Of a DNA stretch of 64,000 nucleotides, positions 43,099 to 52,429 are shown piece after piece. The notes under the pieces were generated by a model that made no database searches, had not been told where the DNA came from, and saw only the letters and a list, made by a program, of their open reading frames with translations. A program made the translations under genes and the position numbers. This DNA is from an uncultured delta proteobacterium. GTDB lineage: Bacteria > Desulfobacterota > Binatia > UBA9968. Location: the NCBI GenBank assembly GCA_963816145.1, contig CAWFJP010000003.1, forward strand, positions 480,001 to 544,000, read 5' to 3'. Position 1 is the first letter of the stretch; every line of letters starts with the position of its first letter.

Positions 43099-43560
43099 AT
43101 GTTTCATCGCTACGACTATGAAGCCGCATTCTATCCCAAGTTGACCCGCTTGCCCCTCGATGTGCGCCGCAAGCTAGATGTGACGGGCGTCAAGATTTCA
43201 CTGAAAGACTGGCTTGGTTTCAGCCTCGAAGAGCGGTTGGTGCTTTGCCATCTGCCTTGCGACCATGACGACGAGCGCCAGGTCTTCACCGCGTACCTGG
43301 ATTTCCTGGCTGAGAAATACTGCGGCACACCGATCGATAAGACCGAACCGATGGACAACGCGATGTGGAGCCCGCTGGCTGTGCCCGAGGAAGTCGCGCA
43401 GAAAAGCGCGGCGCTGGGGCAATCGGTTACAGCGAACGAATGGCGTGGTTGGCCGTCGCACCATCGCTACGGCCTATACAAGTTAGCGGTGTCGAAGAGT
43501 CAACCGGAAGCCTTTGAGCAAGTTCTGATCCAATTGCGCAATTCGCTGGCTAACCACTGA
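43099..43560 (+). CDS. Nitrate reductase-associated protein (NarM-like)
   Basis: LPLDVRRKLDVTGVKISLKDW…EERLVLCHLPC and W…RYGLYKL match the family pattern. Confidence 0.75.
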   Translation: MFHRYDYEAAFYPKLTRLPLDVRRKLDVTGVKISLKDWLGFSLEERLVLCHLPCDHDDERQVFTAYLDFLAEKYCGTPIDKTEPMDNAMWSPLAVPEEVAQKSAALGQSVTANEWRGWPSHHRYGLYKLAVSKSQPEAFEQVLIQLRNSLANH

Positions 43561-43737
43561 TGACGGCAAGCCGCATGAAGTCCACCGACACTTTGCATTC
43601 CCGCGTCGTCCCGCCGTGGCGCTCAGGCGTCGGCTCAGAAAATTCGACCGTTAAGTTTGCAAAATCTATTCGAGGATGCGAAACGAACACAAACGACGAT
43701 CGATCGTCGTTCGCCAACACCGAACTGGAAAGTCCCC

Positions 43738-44184
43738 ATGCCATCCTTCTTAATCTTTTTAGCCATGGTCGCCGCCACGGCCTTCATCGGAATTCAATTC
43801 GGCCCCGGACCTTGGTACGTCGCATTACAAAAACCATCGTGGACACCGCCCGGTTGGCTCTTCGCTCCGGTCTGGACCGCGCTCTATGTGGCCATCGCTG
43901 TTGCCGGATGGTCGGTGTGGAGATCTAAAGCCCTTAGCGTTACCAAGCCGATCCTGCTTTGGCTGCTGCAGTTAATTCTGAACGGACTTTGGTCGTGGCT
44001 ATTCTTTGGCCTGCGCCGGCCCGATCTCGCGCTGATCGATATTATCGCGCTGCTCATAACGACCTGCTGGTTTATCACCACTGCCAACAAGATCAGTCGC
44101 CTTGGCGCCTGGCTGTTCGTTCCCTACGCGCTCTGGGTCGGCTTCGCCAGCGCATTGAATTTTTCGATCTGGCAGTTGAACTAA
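43738..44184 (+). CDS. tspO: TspO/MBR tryptophan-rich sensory protein
   Basis: WYVALQKPSWTPPGWLFAPVW, LNGLWSWLFFG, PYALWVGFASALN motifs. Confidence 0.9.
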   Translation: MPSFLIFLAMVAATAFIGIQFGPGPWYVALQKPSWTPPGWLFAPVWTALYVAIAVAGWSVWRSKALSVTKPILLWLLQLILNGLWSWLFFGLRRPDLALIDIIALLITTCWFITTANKISRLGAWLFVPYALWVGFASALNFSIWQLN

Positions 44185-44218
44185 CTGTTTGCCATTCCAC
44201 CATGACCAAGGAACGTCC

Positions 44219-45367
44219 ATGACCGACCAACTTTTCCCACGCTTCTCCGACGCCGAATATAACCGCCGCTACAGCGCGATCCGCGAGGCGATGGCTAAAG
44301 ACAACCTTGACGCGATCCTGATTTCGGGCGCCCGCGGGTCATCCGAGGTGACCTATCTGGCGAACTATCTGCCGCAGTCGCCCTGCTGGCTGCTCTTTCC
44401 CCGGGCAGGCGATACGACCGTCTTCGTCCATTTTTTCAATCACCAGCCCTGCGCCAAAGCCCAATCGATCGTCGAAGATCTCCGCTGGTACGGTCCGACA
44501 CCGCTGCCGACGCTGGTCGAAGAGATCAAAAAACGCCGTATGTCGACAAGCAAGATCGGCTTGGTCAGCATGCGCGCCATGGCCTATGGCCATGTCACCG
44601 AACTGCAGCGCCAGCTTCCCGAAGCTGAGTTCGTCGAGTTCGGGCCGCAGTTTGGCCGCATCCGCCGCGTGCGCAGCGAAGAAGAACTGGTTTATCTGCG
44701 TAAGAGCGGCTATCTGACCGATCTGGCTTGCGAGGCCTTGGAAAACAACTTGCGCCCCGGCCTGACTGAACAAGATGTGCTGGCGATCGTCTACAACGCC
44801 TACTTAAAAAACGGCGGCGATCCCGGTATCCATTTCATCGCCACGACCAACATGGACAACCCCGACCGCTTCGTTCCGTGGCAACGCCAGACATTCCGTG
44901 TGCTCGAAAAAGGCTCCGTCGTAATCACGGAACTCACCGTAAGCTACTGGGGCTACTCGACACAAATCCATCGTCCCTTCGCCATCGGTAAAGAACCGAC
45001 GCCGACCTACCGCAAACTGTTTAACGCCGCCTACGAATGCTACGAGAGCGTGCGCAAGATCTGCAAACCCGGCACCACCAGCGAGCAGATTGTCGCCGCG
45101 ACTTCGGCCATCGAAGCCCACGGCTTTACCAGCTACGACAGCGTCTTCCACGGCGAAGCCGGCAAGTCACCGGAGCTCGGCACCAGCTCGGCGGCACACC
45201 CGCTGGAGAAATGGACGCTGGAAGAAAACATGATTCACGTCATCCAGCCCAATCCAATCACCAAGGATTTCAAAGCAGGTTTGCAATTGGGAGCCGCGGT
45301 AGTCGTCAAGCCGAACGGCGGCGAAGCGCTGCATAACTACCCGTTCAAGTTTCCGGTATGCGGCTAA
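44219..45367 (+). CDS. M24 (creatinase/aminopeptidase P fold) family protein with altered metal site
   Basis: FSDAEYNRR, RRVRSEEE, GYSTQIHR, FHG, VIQPN motifs. Confidence 0.75.
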   Translation: MTDQLFPRFSDAEYNRRYSAIREAMAKDNLDAILISGARGSSEVTYLANYLPQSPCWLLFPRAGDTTVFVHFFNHQPCAKAQSIVEDLRWYGPTPLPTLVEEIKKRRMSTSKIGLVSMRAMAYGHVTELQRQLPEAEFVEFGPQFGRIRRVRSEEELVYLRKSGYLTDLACEALENNLRPGLTEQDVLAIVYNAYLKNGGDPGIHFIATTNMDNPDRFVPWQRQTFRVLEKGSVVITELTVSYWGYSTQIHRPFAIGKEPTPTYRKLFNAAYECYESVRKICKPGTTSEQIVAATSAIEAHGFTSYDSVFHGEAGKSPELGTSSAAHPLEKWTLEENMIHVIQPNPITKDFKAGLQLGAAVVVKPNGGEALHNYPFKFPVCG

Positions 45368-45377
45368 GGAGGCGCAA

Positions 45378-46101
45378 ATGAATCCGTCCCAATTCGCAAA
45401 CATCAAACTCCTCGCCTTCGACGTTTTCGGCACCGTCGTCGATTGGCGCTCAAGCGTGATCGCCGAAGGCGAGCAGCTTGGCAAAGCAAAGGGCATCAGC
45501 ATTGACTGGGCTGCCTTCGCCGACGCGTGGCGTTCGATCTACCGCCCTTACATGGACAAAGTCCAGAACGGCGAGCTGCCCTGGACGAAGTTGGACGACC
45601 TGCATCGGATGATGCTCGCCGAGACCTTGAAGCAAGTTCGCCATCCACAGTCTCAGCGATGACGAAAAGGAACATCTGAATCTTGTCTGGCACCGACTTG
45701 CTCCATGGCCGGATTCGGTGCCGGGTCTGCAGCGAATCAAGTCGCGCTTCGTGATCTCGCCGTTGTCCAACGGTAACATTTCCTTATTGACGAACATGGC
45801 CAAGAACGCAGGCTTGCCCTGGGACTGCATCTTGTCGGCGGAAAATGTCCGCCGCTACAAACCCGACCCATCGGTCTATTTACTCGCGCCGCAACTTTTC
45901 GATTTGAAACCCGAGCAAGTTATGATGGTCGCAGCCCATGAGCATGATCTGCAATCGGCGTGCAAGCATGGATTACGCACCGCCTATGTACATCGCCCAT
46001 CGGAACATGGACCCGGCAAGGCCACCGCAGTCCCACCCAAGGACCGTTTCGATATCGTCGCCAACGATTTTCTCGACCTGGCCGATCAACTCTCTGCTTA
46101 A
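45378..46101 (+). CDS. Haloacid dehalogenase type II (frameshift near 45635)
   Basis: AFDVFGTVVDWR, LSNGN, YKPDP, MMVAAHEHDL motifs. Confidence 0.85.
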
Positions 46102-46116
46102 GCGAAGGAGCCTGTT

Positions 46117-47112
46117 GTGATTGCGCGAACCCTAGTGATAATTGCCACGCTCACTCTGTTCTTGGCCGGCGTGTCCCCTGCCAATGCCCAACGCCTGCGC
46201 GCCGCCAGCGGCGGGCTGTCGATCATTCATTCCCTGCTATGGGTCACCTACGAGCAAAAGCTTTTAAAGAAATATGGACTTGATCTCGAATATATCGCCA
46301 TCGAGAACGGCACCGTCGGCATGCAGGCGCTGCTCGCCAACGAGGCGCAGTTTCTGTTTTCCACCTCGTCCCTCGCGGTCAACGCCAACTTGCGCGGATC
46401 CGATGTCACCGTGGTCGCCGGCGGCTTGAACTTCATTCCGGATAAGCTGATCGTCCGCCCGGAAATCGCCAAACCGGAGGATCTTGCCGGCAAACGCTTG
46501 GCGATCAGCCGATTCGGATCTTCCTCGGAAACCAGCGCCAAGCTCACCCTTGAGAAAGTCGGCGTCAAGCCGGAGAGCGTTTCGCTCATTCAACTGGGCG
46601 GGGTATCGACCCGCCAAGCCGCCTTGATGTCCGGTCAGGTTCAAGCGACCGTTCTCAGCGACCCACAAGCGACGGCGGCAACCACTGGCGGCATGAAACT
46701 GTGGGTCGATTTGTCGGACGCCAAATGGGGCCTGCCGCGCATTTGCTTCAACTGCTTCATGGCCAAGCGCAGCTTTCTCGATTCGAACCGCGAGGCCGCC
46801 ATGAATTTTCTCAAAGCCGTCATCGAAGGCCTTTACCTGCTCAAGAAGGACAAGCCGCTTGGCGTGCGGCTGATCAAAAAATATCTCCGCCTGAGCGACG
46901 ATGCAGCTTCCGTCGGCTACGACTTCTACATCGGCAAACACGGCGAAGGCATGCTCAGTCTGCCGGAGCGGCGCGGCATGGAATTCATCATCGCCGAAGT
47001 CGCCAAATCCAATCCGGCGGCGAGCAAAGCGACGCCTGAAAGCTTGCGCTTGGTAGAGCCGAGTTTGTTGGACGAAATCAAGAAGAGCGGATTTATCGAG
47101 CGGGTGAAATAG
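46117..47112 (+). CDS. NMT1/TauA-family solute-binding protein
   Basis: Signal peptide; KKYGLDLE, LAGKRLAISRFGSSS motifs. Confidence 0.8.
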   Translation: MIARTLVIIATLTLFLAGVSPANAQRLRAASGGLSIIHSLLWVTYEQKLLKKYGLDLEYIAIENGTVGMQALLANEAQFLFSTSSLAVNANLRGSDVTVVAGGLNFIPDKLIVRPEIAKPEDLAGKRLAISRFGSSSETSAKLTLEKVGVKPESVSLIQLGGVSTRQAALMSGQVQATVLSDPQATAATTGGMKLWVDLSDAKWGLPRICFNCFMAKRSFLDSNREAAMNFLKAVIEGLYLLKKDKPLGVRLIKKYLRLSDDAASVGYDFYIGKHGEGMLSLPERRGMEFIIAEVAKSNPAASKATPESLRLVEPSLLDEIKKSGFIERVK

Positions 47113-47183
47113 ATTTTTGCCAATTTTGACTGGATTCAACCAACCCGGCGTTCAACCCTCACTCAATCGAGATCAGCGATAAC

Positions 47184-48239
47184 ATGCAGCCCTTGCGCGA
47201 TGCCAAATCGGAATTTGCAGAGGGGCTGATCCAAGCCGCGATTGTCCACGGTAAAGCACTCGCCGCTCGGCGTTTTCGACCCATTGCATTACGAAACTCT
47301 TGCCGCTGGTTCTTTCGCTGCGGCGCAGCCATCGGCATAATCGTAGAATTTCTTTCCTGCACACCACCGACAAAGGGAACAACGGCGCCGGCGCACAACA
47401 CCAATATTGGCAGCAGCCAGCGGATCGATGCCGAGGGCGTGGCAATGTTGCTGGCCCCGGCGCCGGGATCACGTTTCCACCTCGCCAAGGACGATCCCAA
47501 CGGCGCGCGCAACTTTCACATCGAACGAAAGACGCCGGCACTGCCGCGAAACGACGGCGCGCTGCAATATTGGAACGTCGCCGCCCATGATCTCGATTAT
47601 GCTACCGGCGGCTCCGGCAAAACTAGCCGGCTGCATATTTACGCCAGCGGCGGCCGGCAATCCTACACCTGGAAGACTCAGCACGGCTTTCTTTCCTCGT
47701 CGGCGGATATCCGCAATCAAGAGTTCACCGCCTTCGTGCGGGTACACGGGATCACCGATCCGAAGCGCGCGGCGATTAGTTTAAAGATCCGCGGCGGCGC
47801 GCACGGTGCGATTGACCCGGATCTGGCTTCGTGCACCATGATGACATTTCAATCCGTCGGCACCGGAGCAGTCACGCGCTTCGGCAAAGAGCTCACCCAC
47901 CCGATCTACGATTACGTGAAATTGACGCCGGCCTTAGACGCGGCGTTGATCGAGAATCGCTGGTTCGGCTTGAAGCTTTTGAGCTACAGTTCGCCGGGGG
48001 TGCCGACTCGCGTCGTCAATCGCCTTTACTTGGACGACGATCCAATCGAGCCCGCCACCGGTAAGCCACGCAACAATTGGAAACTAATGTCTGAGTTCGT
48101 CGATGCCGAAGGCGTCACCGCGGGCAAGTACGCCAAACTCGCGGATTGGGGCGGCTGGCAAACAACTTTGCGAACCGACGGTGTCAGCAGTTTAGATTTC
48201 ACAATGATCAGCCTGCGCGAGGTCCTGCCCGGCCAATAG
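47184..48239 (+). CDS. Hypothetical beta-rich, Trp/Tyr-rich protein (possibly exported, jelly-roll-like); start uncertain
   Basis: 351-aa ORF with host-like codon use in its 3' part; no family confidently recognised. Confidence 0.5.
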   Translation: MQPLRDAKSEFAEGLIQAAIVHGKALAARRFRPIALRNSCRWFFRCGAAIGIIVEFLSCTPPTKGTTAPAHNTNIGSSQRIDAEGVAMLLAPAPGSRFHLAKDDPNGARNFHIERKTPALPRNDGALQYWNVAAHDLDYATGGSGKTSRLHIYASGGRQSYTWKTQHGFLSSSADIRNQEFTAFVRVHGITDPKRAAISLKIRGGAHGAIDPDLASCTMMTFQSVGTGAVTRFGKELTHPIYDYVKLTPALDAALIENRWFGLKLLSYSSPGVPTRVVNRLYLDDDPIEPATGKPRNNWKLMSEFVDAEGVTAGKYAKLADWGGWQTTLRTDGVSSLDFTMISLREVLPGQ

Positions 48240-48312
48240 TAATCGCCCGGCGCGGATGATAGGTTTTCCGTTGTGCGGCCGTTTCATTCCAGTTCCGGGA
48301 TCGCAGTCGTAT

Positions 48313-48379
48313 AGATTTCTCACTGCGCTCGAAATGACAGATTTATAGCAGCTGTCATCCCGAACGAAGAGAGGGATCC
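48313..48379. repeat. REP doublet, family B
   Basis: AGATTTCTCACTGCGCTCGAAATGACA-N13-TGTCATCCCGAACGAAGAGAGGGATCC. Confidence 0.75.
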
Positions 48380-48441
48380 CTTGCGACTGAACCGGCACGC
48401 AATCTTGACATCCGACGGAGAATTTCACTGATGGAGCATTC

Positions 48442-49119
48442 ATGAAACTCTACTACCATCCCGCATCCACCACTTGCCGGCCGATCATGCTGCTGGCGGC
48501 AGCCGAGAAGATCGAACTCGACTATCAGCTCGTCGACCTTTTCACCGGCGAGAACTATCAACCCGCCTTCACGGCGATCAATCCGAACCAAGCCGTACCG
48601 CTCCTCGTCGACGACAACTTTCAGCTAACCGAGAGTTCAGCCATCTTGAAGTATCTCGCCGACAAATTTCACGCGCCCAGCTACCCGGCCGAGCTGCGCG
48701 CGCGGGCGCGGGTCAACGAACGCATGGACTGGTTCAACACCGGACTGTATCGGGACCTCGGTTATGGACTGGTCTATCCGCAAGTGCTCGACAGCTACAA
48801 AAAAGGCGATGACCAAGCGCAGCGCCAGCACCTGGCCTGGAGCCGGGCCAAGGCTAAGCATTGGCTAGAAATCCTCGACCGACATCTGCTCGGCGGAAAG
48901 AGCCGTTTCGTCTGCGGCGACAGCCTTGCTCTCGCCGACTTCATGGGCGCATGCTACGTGACTCTCGGCGACGTGATTCGACTCGACTACTCCCCCTATC
49001 CCAATATCACGCGCTGGCTTGCCGATATGAAAGCTCTGCCCTACTGGAACAATACTCAGGAAGTTTTTTACCAGCATTTCGTCGGCGCGTTTAAGGACAA
49101 AACGTTCGAGGGTCTGTAA
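48442..49119 (+). CDS. Glutathione S-transferase family (theta-like)
   Basis: MKLYYHPAS, INPNQAVP, LTESSAILKYLA, LADF motifs. Confidence 0.9.
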   Translation: MKLYYHPASTTCRPIMLLAAAEKIELDYQLVDLFTGENYQPAFTAINPNQAVPLLVDDNFQLTESSAILKYLADKFHAPSYPAELRARARVNERMDWFNTGLYRDLGYGLVYPQVLDSYKKGDDQAQRQHLAWSRAKAKHWLEILDRHLLGGKSRFVCGDSLALADFMGACYVTLGDVIRLDYSPYPNITRWLADMKALPYWNNTQEVFYQHFVGAFKDKTFEGL

Positions 49120-49139
49120 TGGAAAAGGAGAAACACACC

Positions 49140-49619
49140 ATGATCAAAGGTTTACACCACAGCGCTTACCGCTGCCGGGACTCGGAAGAGACACGCAAAT
49201 TCTATGAGGACTTTCTTGGTTTGAAACTTGTCGGCTCGTTAGCGATCCAAGACTCGCCGAGAGCCGCCAAACCGGACGTCCTGCACACATTCTTTCAAAT
49301 GGCCGACGGTTCCTGTTTGGCTTTTTTCGAAGCGCCTGCCATGTCATTCGAATTCAAGCGCCAGCTCGATTTCGACCTGCACATCGCCCTGGAAGTCGAC
49401 GCTGCGACCCTGCAGTCCATGTTCGCCAAAGGTAAAGCGAGCGGCATCGAGACCCGCGGCATCGCCGACCACGGCATGGTTCATTCGATCTATTTCAGGG
49501 ATCCTAACGGCTACGTCGTCGAACTTACCGCAAAAATGCCGAAACATGACGACATGATGAATCCGGCAACGAACCGAGCACGGCAAATTCTGGATGACTG
49601 GCAGGCGGCGAAAGGCTAA
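49140..49619 (+). CDS. VOC/glyoxalase family protein
   Basis: GLHHSAYRCRD, LHIAL, SIYFRDPNGYVVEL motifs. Confidence 0.85.
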   Translation: MIKGLHHSAYRCRDSEETRKFYEDFLGLKLVGSLAIQDSPRAAKPDVLHTFFQMADGSCLAFFEAPAMSFEFKRQLDFDLHIALEVDAATLQSMFAKGKASGIETRGIADHGMVHSIYFRDPNGYVVELTAKMPKHDDMMNPATNRARQILDDWQAAKG

Positions 49620-49704
49620 GTGAATACTTTCTCACCACGAAGGCGCGAAGAACACGAAGGGTTAGGAGACAATTACGATTCCAAACTTCATGCTCTTCGT
49701 GTCG

Positions 49705-49916
49705 TCCTTAGAAAATACATCCGCAGGTACTGTCTGGGCAACGAATTGGCATGAGGCTTCCGTCATACCGGCGAAACCCGGTATCCATTCCCTCACTCCC
49801 CCTGGATGCCGCCCTTCGCCGGCATCACGAATCAAGGTAAGAACCATAGGATGGTAAGAGGGCTACAATTTCATACTCTTTAGACGAGCGTATGCTAATC
49901 GACACTTCGTGGTGAA
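49705..49916. mobile_element. ~211-bp dispersed structured element (MITE-like or ncRNA), copy 1, containing a family A REP doublet
   Basis: About 90% identical by manual alignment (~21 differences) to 56660-56870; REP doublet at 49762-49828. Confidence 0.6.
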
Positions 49917-49968
49917 TCAACCGTCCCCGATCTTGCGAACTTTGCGTTCTTTGCGGCCAATTCCTGCA

Positions 49969-51744
49969 TCAGCGCATCTGGCAGACAACATCCACCAGCG
50001 CCGGCTTACCTGACTTCACCACCTTCACCGCCTCACGCAGCGTTTTGATCAAGTCCTTGGGCTCGGTGATCGGACCGGCGCCCCAGCAGCCGTAGTTGCG
50101 CGCCAAACCGGCGAAGTCGACGTTAGGATCTTCAATACGAATGCCGATGGTTTTGTTTTCCACCGGCCGGTTGCGCTGAACGGCGATGCGCTCCTGATGT
50201 TCTTCGTCGTTGAAGTAAGAGCGGTTGCTGCAGACGACGCTCAGCAGCGGGATCTGATGATGCACCGCGGTCCAGATCGAACTGACGGTGAACAAGAGAT
50301 CGCCGTCGGGCTGGATGTTGACGCAGAATTTGCCGGAACCCTTGTGCGCCAGCGCCGCGCCCAGCGACGCCGGCATGCCATAGCCCAAGCCGCCGCCTTT
50401 GTACTTGCCCAGGATCTGATTGAACTTGGCCGCCGGCAGATAAAGATTCTCTTTGCCTTGAGAACTCCCGTTCGTTAGCACCCAGTCCTCGCCCTTGAGC
50501 GCTTCGGCGATCTCGGCATAGATGCGCGTCATCGAAACCGGTTTTTCGTCCCACTTCGCTTTCAGCTCTTTGTCGAGCGCGGCCTTTTTCTCTTGGTAAA
50601 TCTTCTCCCAATCGGCGCGCCGATTGGCGATGTCATCTTTCAGCTCGCTGAGCTTCTTCTCCGCCTTCAAGCGCCGCACGAGTTCGGGTAAAAACACCGA
50701 CGTGTCGGCCATTATCATCAAATCGGCTTCACGCAATTTGTTGAAATCGGTCGCCCAAGCGCGCACCAGCAGATCGTCGAGGGCAACGTTGATCACCTTG
50801 GCGCCGGGTGCAAGCAGCGGAATCGCACGGCGGTTGCCGCGCTCCTGCACGCGCCGCACCGTGGCGCCTTCGAGGTCGGGAACATCCAGCGCCAAGATCA
50901 GATCGGCCTGCGGAATCACTTTGTCGGCTTGGCCGGTCAGATTGAGCGGATGTTGTACCGGAAAATTGAAACGGCCCAACTGATCGAGCACCGGCGCCGC
51001 CAGCAGCTCGGCCAATTCGCCGAGCGCGTTGAAACCCGACTCGCGCCGCCCCACCCAGTCGGCCAAAATCACCGGCCGTTTGGCCGCCAAGATCATTTCA
51101 ATTGATTTGGTAAAACCTTCCTCGGGCGCTTGCAGCGGCAACGGCGCCGGATAGCGGCCGATGTTGACGGCGATCTCGCCGTCCAGTTGCTTTTCCTGAA
51201 CATCGCCGTCGTAGCAAATATAAACCGGCCCCATCGGATCGGTGGTCGCCAGCCTGTAGGCGCGGATGAATGAGTCCGGAACCGCTTCGACGCTCGCCGG
51301 CTGATCGTCCCACTTGCAGAAGTCGCGCACCAGATTGCCCTGCACGTTGGCGGTATGCACCCAGTCGATCCAAGGCCGGCGGTTCGCCGAATTCATGGGA
51401 CCTGTGCCGCCCAGGACGATCACCGGAAGCCGGTCGGCCCAGGCGTTGTAGATCGCCATCGACGCATGCTGCAGGCCAACGACATTGTGCACCGCGGCCG
51501 CCATCGGTCGCCCCTTGGCGCGCGCGTAGCCATGCGCCAACGCCACGGCGATCTCTTCGTGATTGCAGAGAATGATCTCCGGCGCATGATTGCCGCCGTA
51601 GTTGACCAGCGAATCGTGCAAGCCGCGGAAGGTCGCTCCAGGGTTGATCGCGATATACTCGATGTCGAAGGCTTTGAGTGCATCGACGATAACATCCGAG
51701 CCCCACTCCGCGCGGGGCTTTTCGATTTTTTGCTGCTTGGCCAT
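49969..51744 (-). CDS. Thiamine pyrophosphate-binding enzyme (ALS/benzoylformate decarboxylase superfamily)
   Basis: NPGATFRGLHDS, HEEIAVALAHGYA, GGGLGYG, PDGD…SN motifs. Confidence 0.85.
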   Translation of the reverse strand: MAKQQKIEKPRAEWGSDVIVDALKAFDIEYIAINPGATFRGLHDSLVNYGGNHAPEIILCNHEEIAVALAHGYARAKGRPMAAAVHNVVGLQHASMAIYNAWADRLPVIVLGGTGPMNSANRRPWIDWVHTANVQGNLVRDFCKWDDQPASVEAVPDSFIRAYRLATTDPMGPVYICYDGDVQEKQLDGEIAVNIGRYPAPLPLQAPEEGFTKSIEMILAAKRPVILADWVGRRESGFNALGELAELLAAPVLDQLGRFNFPVQHPLNLTGQADKVIPQADLILALDVPDLEGATVRRVQERGNRRAIPLLAPGAKVINVALDDLLVRAWATDFNKLREADLMIMADTSVFLPELVRRLKAEKKLSELKDDIANRRADWEKIYQEKKAALDKELKAKWDEKPVSMTRIYAEIAEALKGEDWVLTNGSSQGKENLYLPAAKFNQILGKYKGGGLGYGMPASLGAALAHKGSGKFCVNIQPDGDLLFTVSSIWTAVHHQIPLLSVVCSNRSYFNDEEHQERIAVQRNRPVENKTIGIRIEDPNVDFAGLARNYGCWGAGPITEPKDLIKTLREAVKVVKSGKPALVDVVCQMR

Positions 51745-51808
51745 GGCACTATCCTTTGAATCAACCTATTTGGAAAACCGAACACGAGCCACGAACACGA
51801 TCACCTCT

Positions 51809-52426
51809 TTATTTCTTCGGAATTTCCATCCCCCGCTGCACTGCCGGCCGCTTGCCGATCTGATCGTACCAGCGTTTGACGTTAGGATAATCCTCCAGCG
51901 CCACGTGATGGCCCTCGTGACGCCACACCCAAGGGTAGGTCGCGATGTCAGCAATGGAATAGTTGCCGGCGAGGAATTCCCGCTGAGCCAACGCCTGATC
52001 GAGCACGTTATAGAGCCGCTTGGCTTCCTTGTGGAAACGTTCGATGGCGTAGGGAACCTTTTCTTCCAAGCGGAAAAAATAATTCGCTTGACCGAACATC
52101 GGCCCGACGCCGCCCATTTGAAACATCAACCATTGAATCACGGTATAGCGCTGCGCCATGTCGGCGGGCCAGAATTTGCCGGACTTCTCGGCGAGATACA
52201 TGAGTATCGCGCCGGACTCGAAAAGTTTGAACGGCTTGCCACCGGGGCCGTCGGTGTCGACGATGGCCGGGATCTTGTTGTTGGGATTGATCGCCAAATA
52301 TTCCGGCTTGAACTGATCGTTCTGGCCAATGTTGATGGCGTGGACTTCGTAGGGCAAACCAACCTCCTCCAACATGATCGAGGCTTTTTTTCCGTTGGGC
52401 GTGCCCCATGTGTAGAGTTGAATCAT
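51809..52426 (-). CDS. Nu-class GST / GSH-dependent disulfide oxidoreductase (YfcG-like)
   Basis: TPNGKK, NPNNKIPAIVD, FESGAILMYLAEK, WLMFQMGGVGPMFGQ motifs. Confidence 0.9.
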   Translation of the reverse strand: MIQLYTWGTPNGKKASIMLEEVGLPYEVHAINIGQNDQFKPEYLAINPNNKIPAIVDTDGPGGKPFKLFESGAILMYLAEKSGKFWPADMAQRYTVIQWLMFQMGGVGPMFGQANYFFRLEEKVPYAIERFHKEAKRLYNVLDQALAQREFLAGNYSIADIATYPWVWRHEGHHVALEDYPNVKRWYDQIGKRPAVQRGMEIPKK

Positions 52427-52429
52427 CGC

